Of a DNA stretch of 64,000 bases, positions 8,390 through 18,489 are shown piece after piece. The position numbers and the translations under genes were made by a program. Below the pieces are notes generated by a model. The model saw only the letters and a list, made by a program, of their open reading frames with translations. It was not told the origin of the DNA and ran no database searches. Every line of letters begins with the position of its first letter. The first letter of the stretch is position 1. Origin of the DNA: a virus; IMG/VR virus record IMGVR_UViG_3300036985_003303, positions 53,347-117,346 of that record; one strand, 5' to 3'.

Positions 8390-10165
8390 ATGAGCAATTT
8401 TAAAATATTTGATGGTACAAATTGGATAGATCCATGTGATTGCAATATTAGCATAGTGGATATTGATGGGGTAACTTATCAGTTACTTAATCCAAATAAC
8501 TGTATTGTAAGTTATTTTGATGGAACTAACTGGTGTCCTATAACATGTCCATGTCAATGTCCGGAAGGATACATATTTAATCCTGCAACAAATGCATGTG
8601 AACAAACAACAATTGAACCAGCTACGCCAAGTGGAGGAGCAACCGTTCCAATTGTTGCAGGTGGTGCAAGTCCTGCTTATGGTAGTGCATCAACTAGATT
8701 ATATGAAGATATTTCTACTAAAATATTTCCTTTAAATGGTTGGTCAGATTCAAGTCTTTGTCCATTTGGTACACCGAATTGTACAGCTGGTTATCAAGTT
8801 TATGAATCAGCAGGTATTGGAACTATTTTAAATATTGATGGTTTATCTGTATTAGGAAATAATGTATTTACTAACTCCCCTCCTAGTGTTACAGGTGGTA
8901 GATTAAATAATGTAGGTATATGGGCTACGGGTTATCCACTTAATCAATGGTTGCCTGTTGAGTTTTGTATAAATTTACCAGCAAGTAAAACTTACATATT
9001 TGCAATTGCCGGAGATAATCAAATTAGAGCAAGTATTACGTCTACAACTTTTATGGGAGGTGTAACTAACTTTAATCTTGTAAACTTATGGGCTTCATAT
9101 AACCCAAGCGGTACACCTACAGATGTAGCTGTATCAAGAACTTTTAGTATATGGCACATGTTTCCAATTACTTTACCAGTAGGAAGTCACATTTTACAAT
9201 TACAAGGAATGGACTTTGGTCCAGTTGCAGCATTTGGTGCAGAAATTTATGATATACCTGTTGGAAATCCCGGAGATGTTTGGCCAGCAGATCAAACTAT
9301 GCAGGCATTTTTAGCTAGCACAACAGTTACTTTAGCAGATCTTGCACCATTTCTTGCATTTACAACAGAACAATTAATTCAAACTCCTCCTTTATTAGTT
9401 GCTGATTTTGGTGAAACAATTACTTGGACTTGTCCGGATGGTAGTCCTGTAGATTTTTGTAATGGTGCACCACAATGTATTGTTACAGATTCAATTCCAT
9501 GTGGTCAAGGAAATGCATTAACAAGTGAAACAGAAATAAATATTTGGTTTGATAATTCAGGTTCAATGAATACAACATTGTCACCATTGCAATTAATGCA
9601 ATCAACCATACTTCAAGCATGCTTGTTGCCTATTTATAATAATGATCCGGTGCTTTATAATGAAAGAGTCAAAGTACTTAATATGTTTTCCGGAAATGGA
9701 TGGAATTTTAATGAAAGATTTATTAGATGTTTAGCTGAAGAAAGAAATTTTCAAAGAGCAGTAGATATAACTGTTAATCAAGTTATTAATTTAACTTTTG
9801 CAGATGAATCTAATGAATATGGATATGGAGGTTCTGCACCATTTAATAGTGGATCAAGAACAGCTGGATATGATACAGACATTGCTTATTTAAGAAATGT
9901 AATGTCAACGGTTGGATACACAATAAAAGGAACTGCATTTAGAGTAGATACTGGACCAGGTACTTATTCAGGATTTAGAGGATTAACCCAAGCAACATTT
10001 ATTAATAATGGTGCATACACTGTTCCCAATAATGTATCAGACTATTATACTATAAACTTTAATTGTAACTTAGACACATTGGCTGCAGCTTCTGCAACTT
10101 ACTATAGAGATCAGATAGTTGCTGCTCTTACAGCTTTAGGAATAAGTATCCCAGTGTGTCCATAA
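8390..10165 (+). CDS. Putative tail fibre/receptor-binding protein with PA14-like and VWA-like domains, 591 aa
   Basis: N-terminal FDGTNW repeats (two copies), [16 protein letters not shown] knot, [13 protein letters not shown] (PA14-like), and hydrophobic strand + DNSGSM (VWA MIDAS DxSxS, 9551-9565). Confidence 0.6.
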   Translation: MSNFKIFDGTNWIDPCDCNISIVDIDGVTYQLLNPNNCIVSYFDGTNWCPITCPCQCPEGYIFNPATNACEQTTIEPATPSGGATVPIVAGGASPAYGSASTRLYEDISTKIFPLNGWSDSSLCPFGTPNCTAGYQVYESAGIGTILNIDGLSVLGNNVFTNSPPSVTGGRLNNVGIWATGYPLNQWLPVEFCINLPASKTYIFAIAGDNQIRASITSTTFMGGVTNFNLVNLWASYNPSGTPTDVAVSRTFSIWHMFPITLPVGSHILQLQGMDFGPVAAFGAEIYDIPVGNPGDVWPADQTMQAFLASTTVTLADLAPFLAFTTEQLIQTPPLLVADFGETITWTCPDGSPVDFCNGAPQCIVTDSIPCGQGNALTSETEINIWFDNSGSMNTTLSPLQLMQSTILQACLLPIYNNDPVLYNERVKVLNMFSGNGWNFNERFIRCLAEERNFQRAVDITVNQVINLTFADESNEYGYGGSAPFNSGSRTAGYDTDIAYLRNVMSTVGYTIKGTAFRVDTGPGTYSGFRGLTQATFINNGAYTVPNNVSDYYTINFNCNLDTLAAASATYYRDQIVAALTALGISIPVCP

Positions 10166-10177
10166 ATAATATATGAT

Positions 10178-11266
10178 ATGTGTACTTGTAAAGGAAATTG
10201 TGATTGCAAAAGCAATGAAATAAAATTAAAAGGTCCAAGAGGATTTGTTGGACCGGCAGGACCACAAGGTCCCGTAGGACCACAAGGTCTACAAGGTCTA
10301 CAAGGCGCACCTGGACCACAAGGAAGTCAAGGTCCGCAAGGTTTAAGTGGCGCAACTGGATCTGCAGGTGCAGCAGGTGCAACTGGAGCACAAGGTATTC
10401 CTGGAATACCTACAACTGTAGATGATACAACAACTGTAGATCTTAGTTATACTTCAGGTACATTAACTGCAAAAGTACAAGATACAGGGTGGGTAGACTT
10501 ACTTGGCTTTAGTCATTATTCTACAGATCCTACTATGACTGTTAAAAGACCGCAAGTAAGACGCATTGGAAATGTTGTGCATTTTAGAGGCAGCGTTGTC
10601 GTTCCATTAGAAGATCCTACTAAATTGGGTTCTGTTATTACATGGATATATAAATCAGGTACAAACACTTATGAAGGAGTTTTATCTTCAGCATTACCTG
10701 CACATGGTAAAAAACCATATACGGGAACAGGCGGAGTTAATATAATCACATCTGGAGGTTTAACTTTTAATAATGGACTTAGTGCAATTCCTGCTGCAGT
10801 TTTACCTAGCGGATATAGTTTAGATAATAGTTATAGTATTGGATGGAGATTAAACTGGAGAGCTATGGAAACAGGTAGTTGTGGTACAGTATTAACTTCT
10901 TTTGCAAATGTTGGTATTTCGCCTTCAGGTGTTTTATCATGGGGATGTCTTGCAGATTTAGAAGAAAGTTTTGTTACAGGTTGTCGACCTGGAGCATGGA
11001 GTACATCTGCATTAAATTATACAGTTTCTAATGTAACACAAGGACATCAAGTTACAGATTTTAAATCTGCAATAAATGTACATGACAGCGTTTCATCAAG
11101 TAATCAAGATGCACGACCTTTTTTTAAATCAACAGAAGAATATCCAATTACCATTAATGCAAATGATCCAAATGAGATTGGAGGATTTTGGATTGTTATA
11201 GATGGATTAACCGCATTTATAGGACCATGCGTTGCAACAATACCGACACCTACGCCAGTGTGTTAG
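10178..11266 (+). CDS. Collagen-like tail fibre protein, 362 aa
   Basis: [10 protein letters not shown] tag, 20 G-X-Y triplets, then DTGWVDL...[14 protein letters not shown], a motif typical of phage fibre head domains. Confidence 0.8.
   Translation: MCTCKGNCDCKSNEIKLKGPRGFVGPAGPQGPVGPQGLQGLQGAPGPQGSQGPQGLSGATGSAGAAGATGAQGIPGIPTTVDDTTTVDLSYTSGTLTAKVQDTGWVDLLGFSHYSTDPTMTVKRPQVRRIGNVVHFRGSVVVPLEDPTKLGSVITWIYKSGTNTYEGVLSSALPAHGKKPYTGTGGVNIITSGGLTFNNGLSAIPAAVLPSGYSLDNSYSIGWRLNWRAMETGSCGTVLTSFANVGISPSGVLSWGCLADLEESFVTGCRPGAWSTSALNYTVSNVTQGHQVTDFKSAINVHDSVSSSNQDARPFFKSTEEYPITINANDPNEIGGFWIVIDGLTAFIGPCVATIPTPTPVC
10232..10411 (+). repeat. Collagen G-X-Y repeat, 20 triplets
   Basis: From GPR GFV GPA to GIP GIP. 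Confidence 0.95.
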
Positions 11267-11309
11267 AAAAAATGTCACAGAAGGTTGGTTTATGTGGCTG
11301 ACTAGGATG

Positions 11310-11340
11310 AACCCCGGAGCAATCTGGGGTTTGTTTTATT
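11310..11340 (+). terminator. Rho-independent terminator with GCAA tetraloop
   Basis: AACCCCGGA-GCAA-TCTGGGGTT (one G-U pair) followed by TGTTTTATT, downstream of the fibre cluster. Confidence 0.8.
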
Positions 11341-11346
11341 ATTTAA

Positions 11347-11377
11347 TTTGTATTTTTGAGGATAAATTAGTATATTA
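11347..11377 (+). promoter_or_regulatory. Putative phage late promoter
   Basis: TTTG 11347-11350, 20-nt spacer, TATATTA 11371-11377, then ATG at 11379 (near-leaderless). Confidence 0.6.
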
Positions 11378-11378
11378 T

Positions 11379-11870
11379 ATGGAGGTTGACTTAAATAAAC
11401 CAAGAGTAACTGAGAAAAAAGGCAAAGTTATTAACTATAAAGAAGTTAAAGACTTTAATAAGTTGCACCCAAAGTACAATTTAGATAAGTCTGCAATCAT
11501 AAAGATCATGAGAGCATTTAATTCAAACATGGCGGAAGAAACAATGATTAATATTTATGGAGTAATACTTCCTGAAAATATTGGTGCTGTGTTTATTAAT
11601 AATGCTGGAAAAGCAAAAGGTAAGTCTATTGACTATGCTAATTCAAAACTAGCAGGAAAAACCGTTTATCATAAAAATTGGGATACAGATAACAACATGA
11701 TGCGAATTGTGTATATTAACCACACCAAAAGAACTATGGTGAAGAATGCTAACATGTTTTCATTTAATCCTCTTCAGCAGTTTAGAAGAAAAGCTAGTGC
11801 ATATTTTAGAATGCATTGGGCCAGATGTGTTTCTGTAAACTATAATTCTACTGTTGATATTAACATATAG
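11379..11870 (+). CDS. IHF/HU-like DNA-binding protein of the crAss-like tail module, 163 aa
   Basis: Basic protein with helical N-half and GVILPENIGAVFI (HU/IHF G-x-V-x-L-x-x-x-G-x-F-like). It sits immediately before ring and muzzle genes, as in crAss-like phages. Start moved to ATG 11379 because the longer ORF crosses a terminator. Confidence 0.65.
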   Translation: MEVDLNKPRVTEKKGKVINYKEVKDFNKLHPKYNLDKSAIIKIMRAFNSNMAEETMINIYGVILPENIGAVFINNAGKAKGKSIDYANSKLAGKTVYHKNWDTDNNMMRIVYINHTKRTMVKNANMFSFNPLQQFRRKASAYFRMHWARCVSVNYNSTVDINI

Positions 11871-11872
11871 CC

Positions 11873-12544
11873 ATGACAACAATAAGAGAATCCATATCAA
11901 GAATTAGAAATGTCTTCAAGTTAGTAAATGAAGATGCATTTTTAACTGACCGTTTTATTTACAGTCTGCTTATAAAGTATTCAAAAGCTTTGATAAGAAG
12001 ACAAGATGTAGAAAACAAATTGATGCAATATGACAGTTTATTTGAAACACTGCCGTATGTTGAGTTGATTGAAGTAGATCGCATTGAAGCAGATTGCGCT
12101 AGAATAAAAACTGGTTGCAAAATCATGCGAACTAAAAAGAAACTTCCAAAACTAATGTCTGGAAGCAACGGTCCTATCTTTAGAACAATTGCGCCAATTG
12201 ATGGCAGTGATGTATTTCAACAATGTTTAACTGCTGTATATGTTGCAATGACACAATCAACAAACTTTAAATACAACAAGACTCACTACTATTGGTACAA
12301 GAATGGCTACTTATATTTTCCAGATATTGTTTGGGATGCTGTATCTGTAGAAGGAATGTTTGAAGAACCAGTTGATGCTTTTTGTAATGAAAATGATTCT
12401 GATTGTACACAGGCTCAAGATAGAAATGTAACAATTCCAGATTACATGTTTGCTGAAATTGAGCAAATGACACAGCAAGAGTTAATGACACTTGCTAAAC
12501 TTCCACCAGATACTGGAGATAATTCACAAAATATACTGAGATAA
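11873..12544 (+). CDS. Tail ring (tubular) protein, crAss-like, 223 aa
   Basis: MTTIRESISRIRNVFKLVNEDAFLTDRFIYSLL...YYWYKNGYLYFPD...VSVEGMFEEP...IPDYMFAEI; syntenic with crAss-like ring genes. Confidence 0.7.
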   Translation: MTTIRESISRIRNVFKLVNEDAFLTDRFIYSLLIKYSKALIRRQDVENKLMQYDSLFETLPYVELIEVDRIEADCARIKTGCKIMRTKKKLPKLMSGSNGPIFRTIAPIDGSDVFQQCLTAVYVAMTQSTNFKYNKTHYYWYKNGYLYFPDIVWDAVSVEGMFEEPVDAFCNENDSDCTQAQDRNVTIPDYMFAEIEQMTQQELMTLAKLPPDTGDNSQNILR

Positions 12545-12545
12545 G

Positions 12546-13517
12546 ATGCCAAATACATTTTTAAACTATAGAACTTATGATCAGTTATTGGCTGAGATCC
12601 AATCTGATTTTAAAAAATACTATCTGGAAGATTTTATTAATCCTCAAGAGTTTATCAAAGTTGCAAAAAGATGTAACTATGAACTAGGCTTGAAGATTTT
12701 TAAAACAAAAGAGGTGGTGCTTGATATTGAAAAAGGAAGAGCAAAACTTCCTAACAACTTTCAAGTGTTAAATTTTGCATTTATGCTAATGGATCATTTT
12801 ATTATTGAGCCATTAATTTCAGGAACGCATGTTGAAAATGTAAATTTAGGGCCAGTTTATAATCCAGGAAACTGGAATGATGTGAACTTGTGTTCTCCTG
12901 CACTTGCTCCTACAGAACCAGGTTGTGAGCCATGTGCTGTTCCACATCCACATAGTTGCAATGACTGCGGTTCTAAATATGAAAGCTGTTCGTGTAAACC
13001 TATTGGGGATGTCAAGTTAAATTGCAAAGGAGAGTTTGTAGCATTAACCCAACACTTTAAGTTTCATACTAGAAGATGGACAACAATGCGTTCTATAAGA
13101 ATGATAAATAGTCCTGATGTTGTAGATCCCGATTGTCCAAACAAAACATGGCAAGCCCGTGATACGGCTTATATCAAAGATGGATTTATTTACACTTCTT
13201 TTAAAACAGGAAAGCTGTATGTAAATTACCAAGGAATGATGGAAGATGATGATGGTAACTTACTAGTCCCTGATCATGATATGCTAAATGAGTTTTATGA
13301 GTATGCAATTAAACAACGCGTACTTGAGAATATGATTATGAATGGTGAAGCTGTAAATGGAAGCCAAATTCAAATCATAGAGTCAAGATTAAAAGCTGCA
13401 AGAAACAATGCATATAGTTTGGTAAATACACCTAACTTTAGTGAACTAAGACGCATCTGGGAAGTAAACAGAAAAGCACAGTATCACAATTTTTATACAA
13501 TGTTTAGATCCTACTAG
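12546..13517 (+). CDS. Tail ring/adaptor protein, crAss-like, with Cys-rich insertion, 323 aa
   Basis: YRTYDQLLAEI...EVVLDIEKGRAKLPNNF...YIKDGFIYTSFKTGKLYVNYQG...GNLLVPDH...FYEYAIK; directly precedes the muzzle-type gene. Confidence 0.7.
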   Translation: MPNTFLNYRTYDQLLAEIQSDFKKYYLEDFINPQEFIKVAKRCNYELGLKIFKTKEVVLDIEKGRAKLPNNFQVLNFAFMLMDHFIIEPLISGTHVENVNLGPVYNPGNWNDVNLCSPALAPTEPGCEPCAVPHPHSCNDCGSKYESCSCKPIGDVKLNCKGEFVALTQHFKFHTRRWTTMRSIRMINSPDVVDPDCPNKTWQARDTAYIKDGFIYTSFKTGKLYVNYQGMMEDDDGNLLVPDHDMLNEFYEYAIKQRVLENMIMNGEAVNGSQIQIIESRLKAARNNAYSLVNTPNFSELRRIWEVNRKAQYHNFYTMFRSY

Positions 13518-13519
13518 TT

Positions 13520-16500
13520 ATGGCAAAGCAAAGAAGTGCAGGTAGTTCTACATTTAAGAGTCAAGGAACATTTGATAAATCGCTTGTAACTGATACAAGT
13601 GATTTTCATTTACCGGAAAACTCATGGACTTATGCAAGAAACGCAATTAATAATACAAGAAAAGGCGACTTAGGTAAATTGAGTACTGAGCCAGCTAATA
13701 ACTTCTGTACCTTTGCTCCATACACAATTATTGGAGCTTTGCACATTGAAGAAGATAGATGGTTAATGTATTCCACAAACAACACTGATTCTGAAATAGG
13801 AATTTTTAAAGAAGGTAATTGTTCTTATAGCACATTAGTAAATGATAAGTGTTTAAATTTTAACACAGATAACCTAATTAAAGGTATTACTAGAGCAACA
13901 TTTGATTGTTCATTTAATGCTTACTGGGATGATGGGCGCAATGTATCAAGAGTATTGGATATTGGAGATGTTCCTTGGATACAAGTTTGTACAACAGTAA
14001 ATGGATGTACAACATGTGTTGATACCACCGATTTAGATTGTGATAAAATAAGACTAGAATCTTTCATAGAAACGCCTTGTATAAACATAGTGAGGGGAAA
14101 AGGTGTTGCAAGTATTTTAAATGGCTCATATCAAGCGCAAGTAGCTTATTTAGTAGATGACCAAAGAGTAACTGATTACTTTATTTCATCAAATGCTTTA
14201 TCTCTTTTTGATCATACAAATGTTAATAGCTCAATAGACATCTATGTATCTAATCTAGACACAGCCTTTGACAGTTATGAGTTAGTTTTAATTTCAACCA
14301 TAAATGAAAAAACAGTAGCTAGAAAGATTGGTATCTATAGCACTAGACAAAATGTTGTTTCTATAGATTACATTGATATTACACTACCTGTAGTACCATT
14401 AGCTGATCTAACAATAATAACACCAATTCCAGATAAGTCTGAGGCAATATTTAGTGTTGGTCAATATGCATTAAGAGTTGGCCCAACAACAAAGTTTGAT
14501 TTTAACTATCAACCATTAGCAAATCAAATTGGTACATTTTGGCAATGTGTAGAATACAAAAATGAATACTACAAAAATGGTGGAACCAATATAGGTTATA
14601 TGCGCGATGAAGTATATGGCTTTTTTATACGCTGGGTTTACAATACAGGAGATAAATCAAACAGTTATCATATTCCTGGTCGCGGAGCTGGTCAATTCTA
14701 TTTGACAAATGATGCAGGTGGAAATGCAGGAGCTATATCAGAAATTGATCCTTGTCCAACTACAATAAATGATATTGAAACTCCTGATTACACACCCAGA
14801 GTGTTTGAAGTTTATAATACTGCAAGTTTAATATCAACTCCAAATACAACTTTACCTGATGGTGGACTTTTAGTTGCTGAAGGACAAATGGGTTATTGGG
14901 AATCAATTGAATTGTATGATGACAAACATCCAGAAATTTGGAACTCTTTTGTACCAGGAAGACCTGATTGGAATTTATGTGGCCAACCAATACGTCACCA
15001 TAAGTTTCCAGAAAATGTAATTACATCTGGTGGAGCAACTAACACACTTACTAATCATTACAAAGATGGCGGAGATAAAATTAGAATTATGGGTGTTAGA
15101 TTTGATAACATTCAACCACCAAAAGATAACAATGGAAATTTAATAACAAATATTGTTGGGTATGAAATATTAAGAGGAAATAGAACTGGTGCAAAAACAG
15201 TTTTATATAAAGGGCTTATCAATAATATGTTTGAATATGATGCTCCTAATTTGGTAACAAATAGAAAAGCACTGTATGCAAATTACCCATTTAATGATTT
15301 AAGACCGGATCCATTTATTTCTTCAAATACATTGCCAACTAGTTATGAACCACTTCAAGGTGGATTAATAAACTATACTCCTAATGCGGATTACAGTAAA
15401 AAACATTTTACTTTCCATTCACCAGATACAATGTTTGCAAGACCATTTTTGGTTGATGATGAAGTAAAAATATATGGTGCTTCTTGGGGGGATAGTCAAG
15501 GTTCTTATGTAGAACCTAAAAACCATCCGCGTCACAAATTCATTACTGATATATCTTTTATTACTGGAATTGTAGTTGGATTTGGATATGCTATTAGTAA
15601 AATGCTTGGTTCTAGAGATGTTAAGTATAGAGGTTATCAAATTGACAGTGATTCAATTTTTGCAGGTTCGTCAACATCTACAGGAAATATTATTCCTGCG
15701 GGTGCAGCGGTAATTGGAGCACAGGCAAATGCGATTAATGTCATGGGTATATATGGGATGTTGGATGCAATGACTGGACAAAACTCAGGTATTGCGTCAG
15801 CAACTGGACTTTCCCAAGGTACGCTGGTGTCAACATCAAAAGTAGCTGCGCAAGTACCAAGTTCAGGGGTTACTTCAGGTTATATAGAAGTAAATTATAA
15901 AGATCAAGATGCCTCACCTGGTATATTAAGAGCAGCGTTGGCATTAATGGGTAATCCAATGTTTTTAAGTTATATGGCTGCTGGTGCAGATACAACATAC
16001 AAACTAATTGAATCATTAGGAGCTTGGCAGCAGTTTGCTTTACAATATCAATCAGTATGTAAATATGAAAATTTTGCTGCACCTTATGCAAATAACAGAA
16101 GACGCAGAGTAAATGATGCTAGATATTTAAATCCAGGAGTTCAAGACTACCAAACTAATTATATTGTAAATCATATTTACAGAAATGAAACAGTAATGTT
16201 TGATACACCTGTTGATATTGAAGATATTACAGGTCCAATAGTTGATGTATCAAGACCACCGCTAGTATCAACAATGCCAGCTGGTCGCCACCTTGATAAT
16301 TTTTCAAGAAGGGCATCTTCACATTATGTAGCTTTAAAAACAAGGCTGCGTAATCAATACGGACAGTTACAATCTATAAGACAACTTATGGTTTCTTCAT
16401 GTGTAACACCTATAGCATCAACCAATTCACCAACTTTATTTGGAGGAGATACCTATATTGGAAAATATTCTGAAAAAAATACTTTGTTTTATTTTCAACA

Positions 16501-18427
16501 ATGGTTAGATGGTCAACCTGATGGAGCCATTTTAAATTACAATAAACAGAAAATGTTTGAATGGACTGCATTTTGGATGGATACAGATCCATTTGATTTA
16601 ATGGAGTTTGTTCAAAGTGTTCCTCAAGCACTTCAAGACGCAATTCAAGCTTCAGCAATTTCAACATTCTTTTCATCATTAGTCACTCCAAGTGATAAAC
16701 ATTGTTTTGATAGATTACCTGGAGCCAATGGAGTGTTCTTATTAAAGAGAGCATTTATGTACTTATTTAATTCAGGAGTTCGTGATTTCTTTGTAGAGTC
16801 TGAATTTAATGTAGACATGCGTGATTGGCAGGATACAGATGCTAAAAAACATTATCCTGTGCTTTCTGATTTGAGAACTATGTTTAATTTAAATTTGATT
16901 AAAGCTGATAACTATTATCAAATTGATAGAAGTTTGTCATGGTCATTTATGGCAAGTCAAAAGATTCCATGGGGAGTAATGCAAGGAAGAGATTATAATC
17001 CATTATTATCTGAAACTTGTTATACAAAGTATCCTAGAAGATTGTTATATTCATTGCCACAAACGGCTGCTGCAAATAATATTTCTCTTGCTAAAAAAGA
17101 TCAGTGGCGTGTATTTTTACCAAACAATTATGCTGATTATGAAAGTAATGTAACTTCAGTGAAGTCAATTAATAGAACAGCTGCTTTAATATTGTTTGAG
17201 AATCAAGCACCAGGTATGTTACCAGGAGTTGATGAATTACAAACTACAAAGGCTGCTGATATTACAATTGGAGATGGTAGATTATTTGCAAGACAATTGC
17301 AACAACTTTCCAATTCTGAAAATTCTTATGAGTACGCATCTTGTCAAAGTAGATTGTCTGTACTCAATACGCCAGCTGGTGTGTTTTGGATGAACCTGAA
17401 CCAAGGTAAAATCTTTTGCTATGCGGGTGGATTAAAAGAGATTTCACTTAAAGGAAATAGATTCTGGTTGAACATCTACCTGCCATATAAACTTTTAGAA
17501 GACTTCCCAACATATTCTGTTACAGATAATCCAGTTGCTGGAATTGGATGTCAGACTATTTATGACAATGAGTATAGTTTGGTTTACTTCTGTAAGAAAG
17601 ATTACAGACTAAAGAAAAACCTACCAGTAACAGTAGAATACATGGGAGGTTCTAAATTCTTAATCAATGGAGTCTTTATTGCTAAAACTGGAGATCCTCT
17701 TTACTTTGATGATTGTTCATGGACATTAAGTTATGATCCAAAAATTGAAGAGTTTGTTTCATTCCATGACTGGCATCCGGACTTATCTTTAGGAGCAAAG
17801 AATACGTTCCTTACAACTAATGATAATGGTATTTGGAAACACAATAATATTTGTAGTAAATATTGTAACTACTATGGTGTTGACTATCCGTTTGAGGTTG
17901 AGTTTCAGTTAGACAATAAGTTTGCTGTAGCAACTATGCGTAATGTTGAATACTACATTGAGAGTTATGTGTATGATGAGCGTAACTGTTATGATAGATT
18001 CCATGTATTAGATCATGGATTTGATGAAGCAATAGTTTATAATTCAGAACAAGTATCTGGATTACTTAAACTGCATCTTAATCCAAAAAATGACTTACCC
18101 TTATTGTTGACATTCCCAAATATTCAAACCAATTACATAAACATCTTGTTCTCTAAAGAAGAACAACAGTACAGATTTAATCAATTCTGGGATGTTACAA
18201 ATGACAGAGGTGAATATAGTGGAGCTGAAGAAAGAATTTGGATCACAGAAGATAATGGGTATATTCGCACATTAAATCCCGCAAACTTAAACTATGACAA
18301 GCAAGAGTTTCAAAGAAAAAAATTCAGACACTTCAACAATAGAGTAAGTTTAAGAAGAACTGTAAACAATAATGTAGAAATCTTAGTGAGTTTAGCTGCA
18401 AGTAATCAGCAATTATCTCACAGATAA
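13520..18427 (+). CDS. Tail stabilisation/muzzle protein, crAss-like, 1635 aa
   Basis: N-terminal KSLVTDTSDFHLPENSWTYARNAI, YMRDEVYGFFIRWVY, and C-terminal beta-propeller-like WTLSYDP...FVSFHDWHP; size and position match the crAss-like muzzle. Confidence 0.75.
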   Translation: MAKQRSAGSSTFKSQGTFDKSLVTDTSDFHLPENSWTYARNAINNTRKGDLGKLSTEPANNFCTFAPYTIIGALHIEEDRWLMYSTNNTDSEIGIFKEGNCSYSTLVNDKCLNFNTDNLIKGITRATFDCSFNAYWDDGRNVSRVLDIGDVPWIQVCTTVNGCTTCVDTTDLDCDKIRLESFIETPCINIVRGKGVASILNGSYQAQVAYLVDDQRVTDYFISSNALSLFDHTNVNSSIDIYVSNLDTAFDSYELVLISTINEKTVARKIGIYSTRQNVVSIDYIDITLPVVPLADLTIITPIPDKSEAIFSVGQYALRVGPTTKFDFNYQPLANQIGTFWQCVEYKNEYYKNGGTNIGYMRDEVYGFFIRWVYNTGDKSNSYHIPGRGAGQFYLTNDAGGNAGAISEIDPCPTTINDIETPDYTPRVFEVYNTASLISTPNTTLPDGGLLVAEGQMGYWESIELYDDKHPEIWNSFVPGRPDWNLCGQPIRHHKFPENVITSGGATNTLTNHYKDGGDKIRIMGVRFDNIQPPKDNNGNLITNIVGYEILRGNRTGAKTVLYKGLINNMFEYDAPNLVTNRKALYANYPFNDLRPDPFISSNTLPTSYEPLQGGLINYTPNADYSKKHFTFHSPDTMFARPFLVDDEVKIYGASWGDSQGSYVEPKNHPRHKFITDISFITGIVVGFGYAISKMLGSRDVKYRGYQIDSDSIFAGSSTSTGNIIPAGAAVIGAQANAINVMGIYGMLDAMTGQNSGIASATGLSQGTLVSTSKVAAQVPSSGVTSGYIEVNYKDQDASPGILRAALALMGNPMFLSYMAAGADTTYKLIESLGAWQQFALQYQSVCKYENFAAPYANNRRRRVNDARYLNPGVQDYQTNYIVNHIYRNETVMFDTPVDIEDITGPIVDVSRPPLVSTMPAGRHLDNFSRRASSHYVALKTRLRNQYGQLQSIRQLMVSSCVTPIASTNSPTLFGGDTYIGKYSEKNTLFYFQQWLDGQPDGAILNYNKQKMFEWTAFWMDTDPFDLMEFVQSVPQALQDAIQASAISTFFSSLVTPSDKHCFDRLPGANGVFLLKRAFMYLFNSGVRDFFVESEFNVDMRDWQDTDAKKHYPVLSDLRTMFNLNLIKADNYYQIDRSLSWSFMASQKIPWGVMQGRDYNPLLSETCYTKYPRRLLYSLPQTAAANNISLAKKDQWRVFLPNNYADYESNVTSVKSINRTAALILFENQAPGMLPGVDELQTTKAADITIGDGRLFARQLQQLSNSENSYEYASCQSRLSVLNTPAGVFWMNLNQGKIFCYAGGLKEISLKGNRFWLNIYLPYKLLEDFPTYSVTDNPVAGIGCQTIYDNEYSLVYFCKKDYRLKKNLPVTVEYMGGSKFLINGVFIAKTGDPLYFDDCSWTLSYDPKIEEFVSFHDWHPDLSLGAKNTFLTTNDNGIWKHNNICSKYCNYYGVDYPFEVEFQLDNKFAVATMRNVEYYIESYVYDERNCYDRFHVLDHGFDEAIVYNSEQVSGLLKLHLNPKNDLPLLLTFPNIQTNYINILFSKEEQQYRFNQFWDVTNDRGEYSGAEERIWITEDNGYIRTLNPANLNYDKQEFQRKKFRHFNNRVSLRRTVNNNVEILVSLAASNQQLSHR

Positions 18428-18438
18428 ACATTTTATAG

Positions 18439-18469
18439 TTAAGATAAATAAAAATTTTTTTGTATATTA
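18439..18469 (+). promoter_or_regulatory. Putative phage late promoter for the cargo operon
   Basis: AAAATTTTTTTG-TATATTA (TATATTA 18463-18469) in the only sizeable gap between muzzle and cargo genes. Confidence 0.55.
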
Positions 18470-18489
18470 GAACATAAGCAAGATTGAAA

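Noticed and set aside
11232-11378. N-terminal extension of the IHF/HU-like ORF given in the track
   Set aside because: It overlaps the upstream gene and crosses a terminator and a promoter motif; ATG 11379 is the more plausible start.
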